From: Octopus sinensis
Lineage: Eukaryota
Assembly (NCBI RefSeq): GCF_006345805.1
Contig: NC_043010.1
Span: 40,486,001-40,550,000, forward strand
DNA length: 64,000 nt
Reading direction: 5' to 3'
Position numbers and translations under genes: made by a program. The notes beneath the pieces were generated by a model. The model had not been told where the DNA came from, did not search any database, and worked only from the letters and a program-made list of their open reading frames with translations. Below are positions 26,791 through 39,230 of this stretch, piece by piece (the stretch's first letter is position 1; each line of letters opens with the position of its first letter).

Positions 26791-26881
26791 TTATTTATGT
26801 AGGTAGGTATGTTTTTAATTTGTTTACGGAAAATGTTTTGAATATGCATATAAAGCTCGTATTCCATTTTGCTGGTTACAG

Positions 26882-27080
26882 TTTAATGAAACTGACTGGT
26901 GAACCAGTTCCAGAGTTGGGGGTTGCATCATGCTGTAAAGATATAATGTATGATAAATATAGTAATAATAACAATAATACTTGGACGGAATTTACAAACA
27001 TTTATTGCAGTCCGTATTCTTGGGATGATCATCTACATGTTGTCATTTCTTCAGACGATATAACATTAATGGATGCTTAA
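26882..27080 (+). CDS. Candidate terminal coding exon of an unidentified gene
   Basis: ttccattttgctggttacAG acceptor, then 65 open codons LMKLTGEPVPELGVASCCKDIMYDKYSNNNNNTWTEFTNIYCSPYSWDDHLHVVISSDDITLMDA*; G-rich first and AT-rich third codon positions; no homolog recognised. Confidence 0.3.
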
Positions 27081-27298
27081 CAGATGGATGTTTATCCTTT
27101 TTGACCAGAGCGAAAGTTGATTTAGTTATATGTATAAATGTGTAAGTACATTTATATATGTACATACGTGTACAAGGAATACGTACTTGTTTCGACAGTA
27201 TGTAATTGTAAATCTGTGTGTGTATGTATGTATGTATGTATGTATGTATGTATGTATGTATGTATGTATGTATGTATGTATGTATGTATGTATGTGTG

Positions 27299-27682
27299 TG
27301 GAGGCGCAATGGCCTAGTGGTTAGGGCAGCGGACTCGCGGTCGTAGGATCGCGGTTTCGATTCCAAGACCGGGTGTTGTGAGTGTTTATTGAGCGAAAAC
27401 ACCTAGAAGCTCCACGACCCTCCGGCAGGGATGGTGGTGATCCCTGCTGTACTCTTTCACCACAACTTTCTCTCACTCTTACTTCCTGTTTCTGTTGTAC
27501 CTGTATTTCAAAGGGCCGGCCTTGTCACTCTCTGTGTCACGCTGAATATCCCCGAGAACTACGTTAAGGGTACACGTGTCTGTGGAGTGCTCAGCCACTT
27601 ACAAGTTAATTTCACGAGCAGGCTGTTCCGTTGATTCGGATCAACCGGAACCCTCATCGTCGTAACCGACGGAGTGCTTCCC
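27299..27682 (+). mobile_element. Full-length tRNA-Arg-like SINE
   Basis: ggaggcgcaatggcctagtggttagggcagcggacTCGcggtcgtaggatcgcggtttcgattcc head; tail ends cgtaaccgacggagtgc. Confidence 0.92.
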
Positions 27683-27982
27683 CATGTATGTGTGTATGTT
27701 TGTGTATGTGATTTATATCTAAATTTTTATATGATAATACGCAAGAGTATAGGAATGTAAAGGGAACGAAAGAGTATGAAGGATAACAGATTTCAATAAA
27801 TTAGAGATGAGTTGTGAGGTCACTGGATCTTCACTTATCTCATGTTCTTCTCTCTTTCAGCCCCGCATATTCACTTGAAACATTGCATTCTACTATATAT
27901 ACCTGTTACACGATCGTAGAACCGATGATTACATTTAGTTACAAGGTCAATAATTTCCATCAAAACTTCGTAGTAATCTTTT

Positions 27983-28017
<35 letters not shown>

Positions 28018-28093
28018 CTTATCAAGGATTTTATTCCCATGCTGGCCACTTGATGAGATCGATATTCAATTTAAATTAACGATCTTATCCTTT

Positions 28094-28137
<44 letters not shown>

Positions 28138-28360
28138 ATCATATCAAAGGGAAATGGAAATTAATTACAATTTACATTTGCAGTGGTCTAACGTGTAAAA
28201 AGAGTCCACTTATAGGGATTCTACACGCTAAAAAGAACAGCTAGGTTCTATAACCACAAAAGTTAGGTATAAAATTCGACAGGAATAAATTTAGAAATGA
28301 AAAACATTTACCTTCTAGTTTGAGTGTGTGTGTACATGTATGTATGAAGTATATAGATTA

Positions 28361-29256
28361 TCTATATATATAAAACTGTAGTTGTGTGAGTGTCTGTCCC
28401 CTTCGATTTATATTCCTAACTACTCCCACATTTTGCGGTGCAGTTTAACAAAATTCGGGTATCTTATAGTCGTGATTCATATCGAGCGCGTCTACGATGA
28501 GTCTACGATTTTAAAAATAATTTAACATCATTTTTTATTCCATTTTAATGCATATTTTTTCGTGTGTCGTTGGCGGCGGAGTTGGCGTCCACGCTCAAAC
28601 ACCTGCACCTGTGTTGCTTCTCCCCCTTCTTCCCTCCCTCGTGAAGCTGTGGGGAAGGGAGTGTAAGGAAATCAACGTCGTAATGCGTTGTCAAGGAGAC
28701 CAGCGTTCTTTTAGAACAACGAATTCATGGCTTGAAGTCGCCAAAACAGAAATCGCTAAAAAAGCTGAAACAGATCCACAAAAACTGCAATTACCGCCAC
28801 ACAGGGCAGGTTTCCTGTGCAAACAATTTCCACAAACGAATGTTTTAGTTGTTGCACAAATCTTTATATATAAAAGTGAAGTTGTGTGTCTGTCTCCTAC
28901 GATTTAGATTCCTAACTACTCCCACATTTTGCGGTGCAGTTTAACCAAAACCGGGTATCTTATAGCCGTGATTCATATCGAGCCCTTCTGGGTATTAGCG
29001 CGTGTCTACGATGAGTCTACGATTTTAAAAAAATTTACCATCATTTTTTTATTCCATTTTAATACATTTTTCGCTATTATATAAGGGAAGTAATTCTCTA
29101 AAAATGTCTACGATGAGTCAACGATTTAAAAAAAATTACCATTATTTTTTATTCCATTTTTAATGCATTTTTTGCTATTTTTTGCTATAATTCACTAAAA
29201 ATGCTTATATAGTTATTTCCCTTACAAACCCGAGCAACGCCGGGCGATACTGCTAG
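28361..29256 (+). mobile_element. Non-autonomous Helitron with duplicated 5' module
   Basis: Starts TC after A (28361); ends with hairpin cccgagcaacgccggg and CTAG (29253-29256) followed by T; second 5' module at 28861. Confidence 0.88.
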
Positions 29257-29799
29257 TTTCTATTAAAATATTTCTCCTGGTACTTCATGCCAAAGTGATC
29301 ATCAGGCGAGAATGGTGATCACTTAATATCCAAGTGTAGTTTAATAGAATATTTATTCGTAAATTATCAACACAAGGTGGTAGTATTCTAAGTTTTAGAA
29401 ATATTCTAGTTTCCTCCATGTCTATCTACTAGTTTTAAATATTTTAATAAACTTTACTATTTTGGACATTTAATTACAAACATAGTTTATGGAAACTGTT
29501 AATTGAAGACAAATTAAGTAGGAAAAGAGGAAAACTAAGTGTTATAAATATGTGGATGGACAATCTGGACGTACTTAAAAAAAAGAAACAGATTAGATAC
29601 GTTGAATTTAGTCAACTGAGAGCGGATTATAGGTGAAGAAGACGATTGTGTTGTTTTTAACGATGCTGACTGTGTACGCCATCGTTTCCTAACGTATATG
29701 TGTGTGTGTGAGTGTATGTGTATCTTTGTGTATTTCTGTTATTCTTCCAGATTTATTTTATTAAATGGAGAGTTATTTTAGTAAATGTATTTTATTAAA

Positions 29800-30188
29800 T
29801 GGTTCCGGGTTCAGTTCCACTGCGTGGCACCTTGGGCAAGTATCTTCTACTATAGCCTCGGGCCGACCAAAGCCTTGTGAGCGGATTTGGTAGACGGAAA
29901 CTGAAAGAAACCTGTCGTATATATGTATATATATATATATATATATATACATGGATGTGCGCGTATATGTTTGTGTGTCTGTGTTTGCCCCCCCCCCCCA
30001 ACATCGCTTGACAACCGATGTTGGTGCGTTTACGTCCCAGTAATTTAACAGTTCGGCAAAAGAGACCGATAGAATAAGTACTATGCTTACAAAGAATAAG
30101 TTCTGGGGTCGATTTGCTTGACCAAAGGCGGTGCTCCAGCATGGCCACAGTCAAATGACTGAAACATGTAAAAGAGTAAAAGAGTAAA
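29800..30188 (+). mobile_element. 5'-truncated CORE-like SINE
   Basis: gtggcaccttgggcaagtatcttctactatagcc core; (aaaagagt)n tail. Confidence 0.88.
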
Positions 30189-31066
30189 TAATTGTTACCA
30201 AAAATACTTTGAGGCTGTCTTTGAGCATCTTGCAACATCTATCCGATTAGATGCTGAATCCATTTGATGTAGCCGCTCAATTTGTACCATGTTTAATATA
30301 TTATTGTAAGCAGCTACCGGTGCCATATTGGGAAATAATGTGAATACTGTTGTAAAGGAGATTCTTGAAAAATTATGAAATTTATAACGCAATGTGAAAT
30401 AAAATCGCTGCCGGCTACAACCACTGTAATGTTATGAAATTTATTTGCGATCTTTGATTGTAGCCAGTGCTGCAATATGAAACGTAAAATGTCAGTGAAA
30501 AAATTTGACCTGTACTCTGCTGTATGAAACTGTAAATATAGATATAAGTTATAGCATTTAGTTATATACATATATGATATGTTATATATAGAACGTTGAA
30601 TTGTTCTAAACTGCAAACTACAGAGGTATATTATTAATATAGTAGTAACAATTATTATGGTGATTCGTGAAATAAAGTTGAAATTGTCCGTGGAAGATTG
30701 ATAAATTTATCTACTACAGTGTAACGCCATAAAATTTCTCAGAAATATGGTTACTAGAATCAAGCAAGTACAAGGAAATATATTTAAACACTCACACTTT
30801 AAATATCATTTAATAATTTTTTTCAATGTAAGCACAAATAGTGAAATTTTGTAGATGGGACGAGTCGATTACATCATATCCATTTTCCAGCTAAGCATTT
30901 TGTTCAGCCTGCCAGTTCACTGCCTTAAAATACCATTGATTAATAACAAACGTTTTATAGAAATTCTTAGACAGCCAAATAATTATGGCACGGATATATC
31001 AGTAGATGTAATATTTTTTAATAAACGCATCCTGTTGTTTTTAATGATGTGGACTTAATGCTATAT

Positions 31067-31130
<64 letters not shown>

Positions 31131-32192
31131 GTGTGTATGTATGTATATATATGTACGAGCAAAATGCCCCCGTCCGATGGACGGTGCTGAATAATATCTA
31201 CTGAATAAAAAGCTATCAGTGTTTTCTTTTCATGCCTTTATTTCAATAAAATTTTTGGTTTTGTTAAACGAAGTTAAGGCAAAAAAAAACTTATTGAGAA
31301 ACCAAATAGTCTTTCCTTCCTTCATGCTTAGTTTGAAGAAAATATCTCTTTAGCATCTTACTTTTTCGTCTCTTAAATATACTGCATTTTGTGGCATTAT
31401 TTCAAGCCAGCCGGCTTTTTTGGCGCAAACTGCATTTTCTCTCCTACGCCTAGTATCGATCGCAACAGCTGATGTACTTGTGCGTATAAATGCACATTCC
31501 CACGGCTTTATCGATCGCATTCTCGCCTGGAATCATCAATTGTCCACTGTTTTATATACTCCGCGTTTGAAGGTAGGGACAAGACTTGAATTCGTTAAAA
31601 CAGTCTTTCCCGCAAAGCAAATTAAATGAAATTTGGGATTTTTTGCGGAGGTTTAAAGTGGTAACAAAAACAGGACAGCAAGAAAAAAACAGTGAAAGCA
31701 AACGGTGAGGGCTGTTAAGTCAAGAAGAGGTGAAGTGGTGAACGCTGGAAAAACGAGCGTTGAGAATAGACAGGTAAAAGCACGTCTTGTCTTTAGGAAG
31801 GAAGTGGAAGAAAGAAAGATGTGTAACCGTTGCGTCAAGTGTAAGCAACGAGAGAGTCAAGGAGGAAGAGTGACAGAGAGAGAGGGGGAGGGGGGAATGG
31901 TAAAGGAGAGAGGAGAAGAATAGGGAAAGGGTGGGAGTGAAAAACGGAAAGGTAGAAGTACATGAGAGGGAAATACATAGAAAGAATATAGCGGGATAGA
32001 CTGCGCATCGGAATTATAAAGATAAAACTTACTTGAAAATGGATGCGTGGCGTTCGATCATATAATAATATGTAAATATAAGCATATATACATGCATATA
32101 TGGGAACAGCACATAAAAACGTGAACAAAATGAGAAACGAGACAAAGCAACATAAAGAACAATCCCTTCATCACATATATATATATATATAT

Positions 32193-32526
32193 CGGAGACC
32201 CCCTTCGGCCATAAATGACCGTGGGTTTGCACCTACAAATTTACCCTCCGATGCACAAGTCCGGGCAATGTTGTTTATGGAAGACCAGCAGTCACCCATA
32301 CATAACAGCCTCCTTTCTCCATTCCACCAGTGTTAACCAATAGAAAGGCAAAGGCTGATACAGCTTGGCACCAGTGACGTTGCAATTGATTTCTACAGCT
32401 GAATGAGCTGAAGCAACGTGAAATCAAGTGTCTTGCTCAAGAACACAACACACAGCCCGGTCCGGGAATCGAACTCACTACCTCACGATCGTAAGCTCAA
32501 CGCTCTAACCACTTGGCCACGTGCCT

Positions 32527-32530
<4 letters not shown>
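32193..32530 (-). mobile_element. tRNA-Arg-like SINE with a distinct tail
   Basis: Reverse complement gtgaaggcacgtggccaagtggttagagcgttgagcttACGatcgtgaggtagtgagttcgattccc, then ttcttgagcaagacacttgatttc core. Confidence 0.85.
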
Positions 32531-32561
<31 letters not shown>

Positions 32562-33166
32562 TATATGATATCCATTTATTGATATTCGTTTATTGATCCC
32601 GTGGAAGTATTAAACAAAAAAAATACCTTTCTATGTTTGGAGAAATGTTTATAATTTATAGTTCGATGCATACCTTGTGGATATTCTTTGCTACAAATTG
32701 TCCACAAGCTAACAGAATAGATTTGAATTAAAAGACGTTTCAATTTAATATTTACACTCGTTGTCATAAGTTGTCCGTTTCGCGAGGCGATATAACTAAC
32801 TTCAATTTAAATGTCTATTATTACTACTCTGCATTTTCTTGTTTTATAAAGCAAGTTTCTAGAAATATATATGTATACCGTGTATATGATATATAGAGAT
32901 TTTACTTATTTTTATCAGTTGTTCTTAATTCCGTCACACTGTTCAACATTCAATATGTACGTGTATGTGTGTGTGTGTCTGTGTGTGTTAGCATATGCAA
33001 TTTCAGACATACACATATGTAGATTTGCGCGTATGTCAATGCTTTATTGTGCGCGTCCATCTCCAAAATACAGGTTCATCTAATAAATGTATCTATTCAC
33101 AGAGAATGTTCACTGATCAATTGGGAATTTATTGGAATAGATATATATATATATATATATATATAT

Positions 33167-33209
<43 letters not shown>

Positions 33210-34284
33210 TGTATGTATGTATATGCGTGTGTGTTGTATATATGTATATAAATATATATATACATGTATGCATTATATATGTATATATATATATATATAT
33301 ATGTACATACTTACAAGGTGAGCAAAAGTGTACGCACGCCGCTATATATGTATATATACATCCAAAACTTGGAACAGGGACGCAACAGACGACAATAAAA
33401 CATCAGGACAGATAGACGATACGAAAAGAGGCAGGAGAAAAGAAGAACGGGCCATTCGTAGCCTTCTCTCTTCAGTCGAGTTTCCAGATCATCTTTACAG
33501 TTTCGGCTGGTCATCTTGAGACTTTTCAAATCTGGTTGACCTAAAAATCTAAACTGAGAGCATTAAATAATTTGGGAGAAAGTAAGCAAATCTGTACAAC
33601 AACAAAGAAAAAATGATAAAAAACAAACGGCAAAAACGAAGAAAATGTTACCCAATTACAAATACAAACAGCAAGAGAATAACAAGTGCCTTTCAACTTA
33701 TAAGTTGAGCTAGCGTGAGGAGTGAAAACCTTGGGGCAGGAACCAGAGATAAAAGACAGAAGACGGTAATAAGTGATGCTTCGTGTCTGGCGGTCGAGCC
33801 AAGAAGGAAGGATCATGCTTGGCCGAACACCGGTCGCTTGGAAGGAAAGGAACGGAGAGCGGTAAGGGGGCAGAAGATTGAAGAATTAGTGGAAGGACGA
33901 GAAGGTGAGAAAAATCAGTGACATAGACAAGGTACAAGGAAGATAAACGATGTCCAGTCCGTCTTTGTATCATCTATCTGTCCGTATGTCTTTATTATCG
34001 TCTTTACGTTCTCGTTCCGTTTTTCATTTATATATGCATACAGCGGCGTACGTACACTTCTGCTCAGCTTGTAAGTATATATCTAAATTCAGTACGATTT
34101 CTTATATTCCTTCTTTTAGTCCCCCTCATACATGTTTCTTCTTTCTACCTGCTTCCTTCTTTCTTTCTTCGTTGTTTAAGTACTTCACTCATTTTTCCCT
34201 CATTCGTTATGTATTTCATATGTTATTTGCACCGTTGGTGACGTCCTGTATCCGTATATGCATGTGTATATATGTTATATATAT

Positions 34285-34343
<59 letters not shown>

Positions 34344-34681
34344 TGTTAAAAGGACAACAAACATTAAGGCAAGGCAAACATCTCAAGAGGTATACAATAT
34401 TAGTATTGGGAAAGAAAAGCATTTCTGGATGATTATTATATCAGGATTTTAACCTACATGGATCTACAAAGGACTCCACCTAATGATTTATGCTGATGGA
34501 TCTATGCAGGATTGCACCAAGGAACTTATTCTCTTGTTTCTATAACATCTGGAAGTTGAACTATGAACTTTTATGCTTCTTTTTTCTCCTCTCTCTCCAT
34601 CTCCTTATTCTTTTACTCTCTCCTCTATGTCGTCATTTCATTAATATATGCCATTCTTATTTTCCCTATTTTTCACTATTT

Positions 34682-34738
34682 GTCTCTGATGACGGAATAT
34701 ACCATACTCCGAGAACATCCCAGAAACAGCTGTAAGAC
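34682..34738 (+). ncRNA. Type I hammerhead ribozyme motif with decayed stem II
   Basis: gucu CUGAUGA cggaauau...acauccca GAAAC agcu GUA agac: stem I gucu/agac, palindromic ACAGCUGU stem III. Confidence 0.65.
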
Positions 34739-35683
34739 TTTTAAATTTTTTTCCAATAGTAATAATGTATATGACTTGAGATGTTTGTCTTGCCTTATCG
34801 TTTGTTGTCCTCTTTAACAATTATATATCCGATGCATCGGAAATCTGCAATGGCTCCTTAACTACCGTCTCGGCTATATCCTTGGTGCCCTAGTAATCCG
34901 TTAAAGCACATACCTAGCGTAACTAATCGTTTAGATCACCTGTGAACTAAGCCCCCGTACGTTGTGTGTGTGTGTGTGCGAGTGTATGTACGTATTATTT
35001 TATTCTATGAACAGATATTCCTTTAATCTTACCTTTTTTATTCATTATATTAATTTACCCATATATCATTTAAACCATCATTCATCAATGTTAACATTAT
35101 TACTCTTGAATTGAAATAAAACGAATAATTTTAACGCATGTCTAAACAGATAGAAACAAACACAAACATACACACACAGATACATACACATAGTAAACAT
35201 GTATATATATTCTGTAGATTCTGAATGTATCCTGATATAATACTTATTGTCATCTAAGAACATTTAAGGTATTTAAAAATAGTATATTTTTATATATAAA
35301 AAGTATATTCTTATATATATTTTGTAATTTTAATCGTATTTGAGAAATGAAGGAATTGTTGGTTAACATGTTGATTTATTAATAAATAGATAAATAAAAT
35401 AATATTATCCACTAGGACTTTCTATGCCCTAACTCAATAAATATTTATTATATTCATTGAAGGATTATCAATTCAATATTTGATATATTAAACTGGTTTA
35501 TCATGGATAAATATCCCTATAAGAGTTTTGAATATCTTCATTGTAACTAATATATATATGTAACCAATATGTATATATATAAATATGTATATATATATAA
35601 TATGTAGGTCCCGGGTTGAGTCGGGGTTAACCACAGTAAATAAGGTACTCAATACATAGCAGAGTAAATTAATTTATTTTATA

Positions 35684-35736
35684 GAAGGACTTCTACAGGA
35701 CTAGAAATGTTTCATCAAAAGAAATCATCAGGAAGC
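35684..35736 (-). ncRNA. Type I hammerhead ribozyme motif (left arm of palindrome)
   Basis: gcuuc CUGAUGA uuucuuuugau GAAAC auuucuaguccu GUA gaag; slightly mutated mirror of the plus-strand copy. Confidence 0.6.
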
Positions 35737-35783
35737 TTCCTGATGATTTCTTTTGAATGAAACAGTTCTAGTCTGTAGAAGCT
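35734..35783 (+). ncRNA. Type I hammerhead ribozyme (right arm of palindrome)
   Basis: agcuuc CUGAUGA u-uuc-uuuu-gaa-u GAAAC ag-uucuagu-cu GUA gaagcu: 6-bp stem I, 4-bp stem III with loop, short stem II with a U-U mismatch at its base. Confidence 0.78.
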
Positions 35784-35791
35784 CCTTCTAT

Positions 35792-35842
<51 letters not shown>

Positions 35843-35931
35843 CAACAATTGAGGGTAAAATTAATTAGTTATTAATCAATTTCACCAAGTATTCAGTATG
35901 TAAAAGGACCATTTAAGGCGAATTCAAAATA

Positions 35932-36047
35932 TTACATTATATAAAAGGGCTTAGTAAATAAATTACTTTGCCACATACTGAACTCATACTGAGTTCGTAT
36001 GTGGCAAAGTAATTTATTTTACTAAGCCCTTTTATATAAATGTAAAT
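35932..36047. repeat. Near-perfect palindrome, about 55-bp arms, 3-nt loop
   Basis: ttacattatataaaagggcttagtaaataaattactttgccacatactgaactca-tac-tgagttcgtatgtggcaaagtaatttatttttactaagccctttttatataaatgtaa. Confidence 0.95.
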
Positions 36048-36353
36048 TATATATATATATATATATTATATATATATATTATATATATATATATATAGAT
36101 ATATATATATATTATATATTATATATATAATATTATGTATATATATACATATTTATATATATATACATATTTATATATATATACATATTTATATATATGT
36201 ATATATATATATATGCATATACGTATATATATGCATATACGTATATATATGTATATATATATATATATGCATATACGTATATATATGTGTATATATATAT
36301 AGCCTATATATATGTGTGTATATATATATATATATAGCACCTATATATAACTA

Positions 36354-36394
<41 letters not shown>

Positions 36395-36421
36395 TGTGTG
36401 TGTATATATATATATAGCACC

Positions 36422-36449
<28 letters not shown>

Positions 36450-36453
<4 letters not shown>

Positions 36454-36646
36454 GAGCTGGTAGAATCGTTAGCGCGCCGGGTGAAATGCTTAGCGGTATT
36501 TCGTCTGTAGTTAACTTCTGAGTTCAAATTCCGCCGTGGTCGACTTTGCCGTTCATCCTCTCAGGGTCGATAAATAAAGTACCAGTTTCCCAGTGTCTTT
36601 GTTTGCCCGCTCTATGTTTAGCCACTTGTAGGTAGTAAAGAAATAG
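36450..36646 (+). mobile_element. Nin/Deu-domain SINE
   Basis: ggtgagctggtagaatcgttagcgcgccggg head; gtcgactttgccgttcatcctctcagggtcgataaataaagtacc domain; gtagtaaagaaata tail. Confidence 0.85.
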
Positions 36647-36654
36647 ATATATAT

Positions 36655-37005
36655 GGTACCTTGGGCAAGTGTCTTCTACTATAGTGTCAGAACTACCAAT
36701 GCCTTACCAGTGGATCTGGTAGGCGGAAACTGAGAGAAGCCCGTCGCACATATACATACATATATATATCCCAACGCATATTTTCATGTTTCAAAGTTTA
36801 TTTAGCCCTCCGCACGCACTATCGCTTGACAATCGATGCTAGCGTGTTTATGTCCTATTAACTTAGCGGTTCGACAAAAGAAACCGATAGAATAATTACC
36901 AGGCTTACAAAGAATAAACCATCTTGCCGGTTTTCTCCAGTCATGGCGATGCTACAGCCTGTCCGCCTTCAAATAACTTCAACAGGTAAAAGAATAAAAG
37001 AAATT
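36655..37005 (+). mobile_element. 5'-truncated CORE-like SINE
   Basis: ccttgggcaagtgtcttctactatag core; aggtaaaagaataaaag tail. Confidence 0.75.
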
Positions 37006-37050
37006 TTTTTTTAAATATATACACATAGGCATATATATATAATACATGTG

Positions 37051-37097
<47 letters not shown>

Positions 37098-38197
37098 GTA
37101 CGCATATATATATATGTATATATATGTATGCATATATATATGATATATATATATATATATGTATATATATGTATGCATATATATATGTATATATATATAT
37201 ATGTATATATTATTATATATATATATATATATATATAGATATATATATATATATGTATATTATATATATATATATATATAGATATATAATATATATATAT
37301 TGTATATATATAATATTATATATATATATATAATATACTCTATATATATATATGTATATATATATATATTTACATATATATGTATACAAATCTCTAAAAT
37401 ATATTCATATCTTGTGGAATATCTGCGTTATTGTCACGCCTGTCATTTACGTAGATTGATTAATCGTTTTGGGCCTCGAAGATTATCCAGTGTTTTTGGC
37501 TTATGGATTTTTTTAATGCTTTCCCTATGTTATTTCGTTGTAATAATAACTCCTTGGAATATAGAAAAAGAGGGGAAAAAATTGTGTAAAAATTAGTCTA
37601 AAAATATAAATATATATGAGATTTTGAAGAATTACTCATCTTTGTGTTGCATCTCAGTTATCTGATCTGGAAAATGGTAGGAGAGAAGGTGATCTCGTGG
37701 TGTTGAGAACAAAATAATATCACTGATATTATTTCTGCTATTGTTGCTGCTGCTGTTTCCATCCGTTGTTTTTGGATATTTACGATATGTTCCACAAAGA
37801 AGGCAAAACTATGGAGAAAAGAAATTTGCGAAAACAAAATTTAAAAAGCATCGTCTCCTCAGACAAAAAATGGCACAACTTTATATTTCGTACTCTTAAT
37901 ATTATCTGCATGAGTGATTGCACGAAATCTGGGATTTATTGCTTAGATATATTATAGGCGTGTAATTCTACATACATACATACGTACATATATTTCTGCT
38001 GCGCTTCTATATATAATCAGATATGATATGTGTGTATGTGTGTATGTTAATACACTTATAAACATATCTATACATACGTACATACATTCATACATAAACC
38101 CATTACTGACAGATATAAATGTATATATAATATACAAAATATATATTGATATAAATATATGAATATATATAACACACACCAACACACATATATATGT

Positions 38198-38229
<32 letters not shown>

Positions 38230-38921
38230 TATATATATATAACATATATATATTTTTTTTATATATATGTATATATATAATATATATATATATATACATG
38301 TTATATATATGTAACATATATATATAATATATATATCTATATACATACATATCTATATATATATATTTATGTATATGAAAATATATGTATATTTATATGC
38401 ATGTGCATGTATGCATTCATATGTATATATGTAATATACCTACACACACACATATATATATATAGATATATATATATATATATACCTGCACACACACGCA
38501 CCACAGACACACACCACACACCACACACATATATATATTAATATATTATATAGATCTGTATATGCATACACACAAGATGTGTTTGTGCGTTATCTGAGGG
38601 TGTTTGTCTGTTGTGCGTTAGTGTGTTTAAAAAGCTGAAAGAAAAGGATTTTCTGTTTTTGAGACTAAAATAAATATACAAGTCAAAGGATTGTTTAAAG
38701 TTGATACTGTTTTTGATTTTTTTTTTCGGCAAAGTGGTGGGGGTTTTCTAATAATTTGGTGTTTCGTGTTTAGTCTTTAAATCAAAATTTGAAATCTCCC
38801 GGATAATACGGTGATTTATTGACACAAACAGATGAAAACTGAAAACAACCATTAATAACGATCATCATAACATCATCATCAAAAATCCCATTATTATCAT
38901 CATCATCATTATCATCGTCAA

Positions 38922-39000
<79 letters not shown>

Positions 39001-39003
<3 letters not shown>

Positions 39004-39230
39004 TAGTTTTATTTTTATAGCGTGCTTTCACTTCAATACCGAGCGCAGCTCTGTGTGCCTTAGGTATGTGCTGTGATTTGTTGTGATGCTCTGATGGTTA
39101 TTGTATGGAAAGTGTTCTGCGTTGGATGTGTGCAGTGCCTAGTAGTGCAATTTTCTGTATGTTATATGTGTTTGTAAGTCCTGGTGTTTTTGTTATGTAT
39201 TTGTTTTTGTTATGTATTTATCTGAATATT
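39001..39230 (-). mobile_element. R4/Dong LINE extreme 3' end with (TAA)n tail (copy 1)
   Basis: KYITKTPGLTNTYNIQKIALLGTAHIQRRTLSI matches the Dong C-terminal QKxxLLGTAxILR motif. Confidence 0.85.

Noticed and set aside
26409-26881. N-terminal part of the 223-aa ORF and the many similar YI/CV/HT-rich ORFs
   Set aside because: Produced by (TA)n, (TG)n and (CATA)n microsatellites.
27299-27375. tRNA-Arg-like sequences (also at 1-63, 5340, 5594, 61309, 63663)
   Set aside because: Each continues directly into a shared SINE body and lacks a proper acceptor stem, so they are SINE heads, not tRNA genes.
37700-37900. Signal-peptide-like frame IISLILFLLLLLLLFPSVVFG followed by a basic tail
   Set aside because: No ATG or acceptor; the hydrophobic run comes from a (TGC/TTG)n microsatellite.
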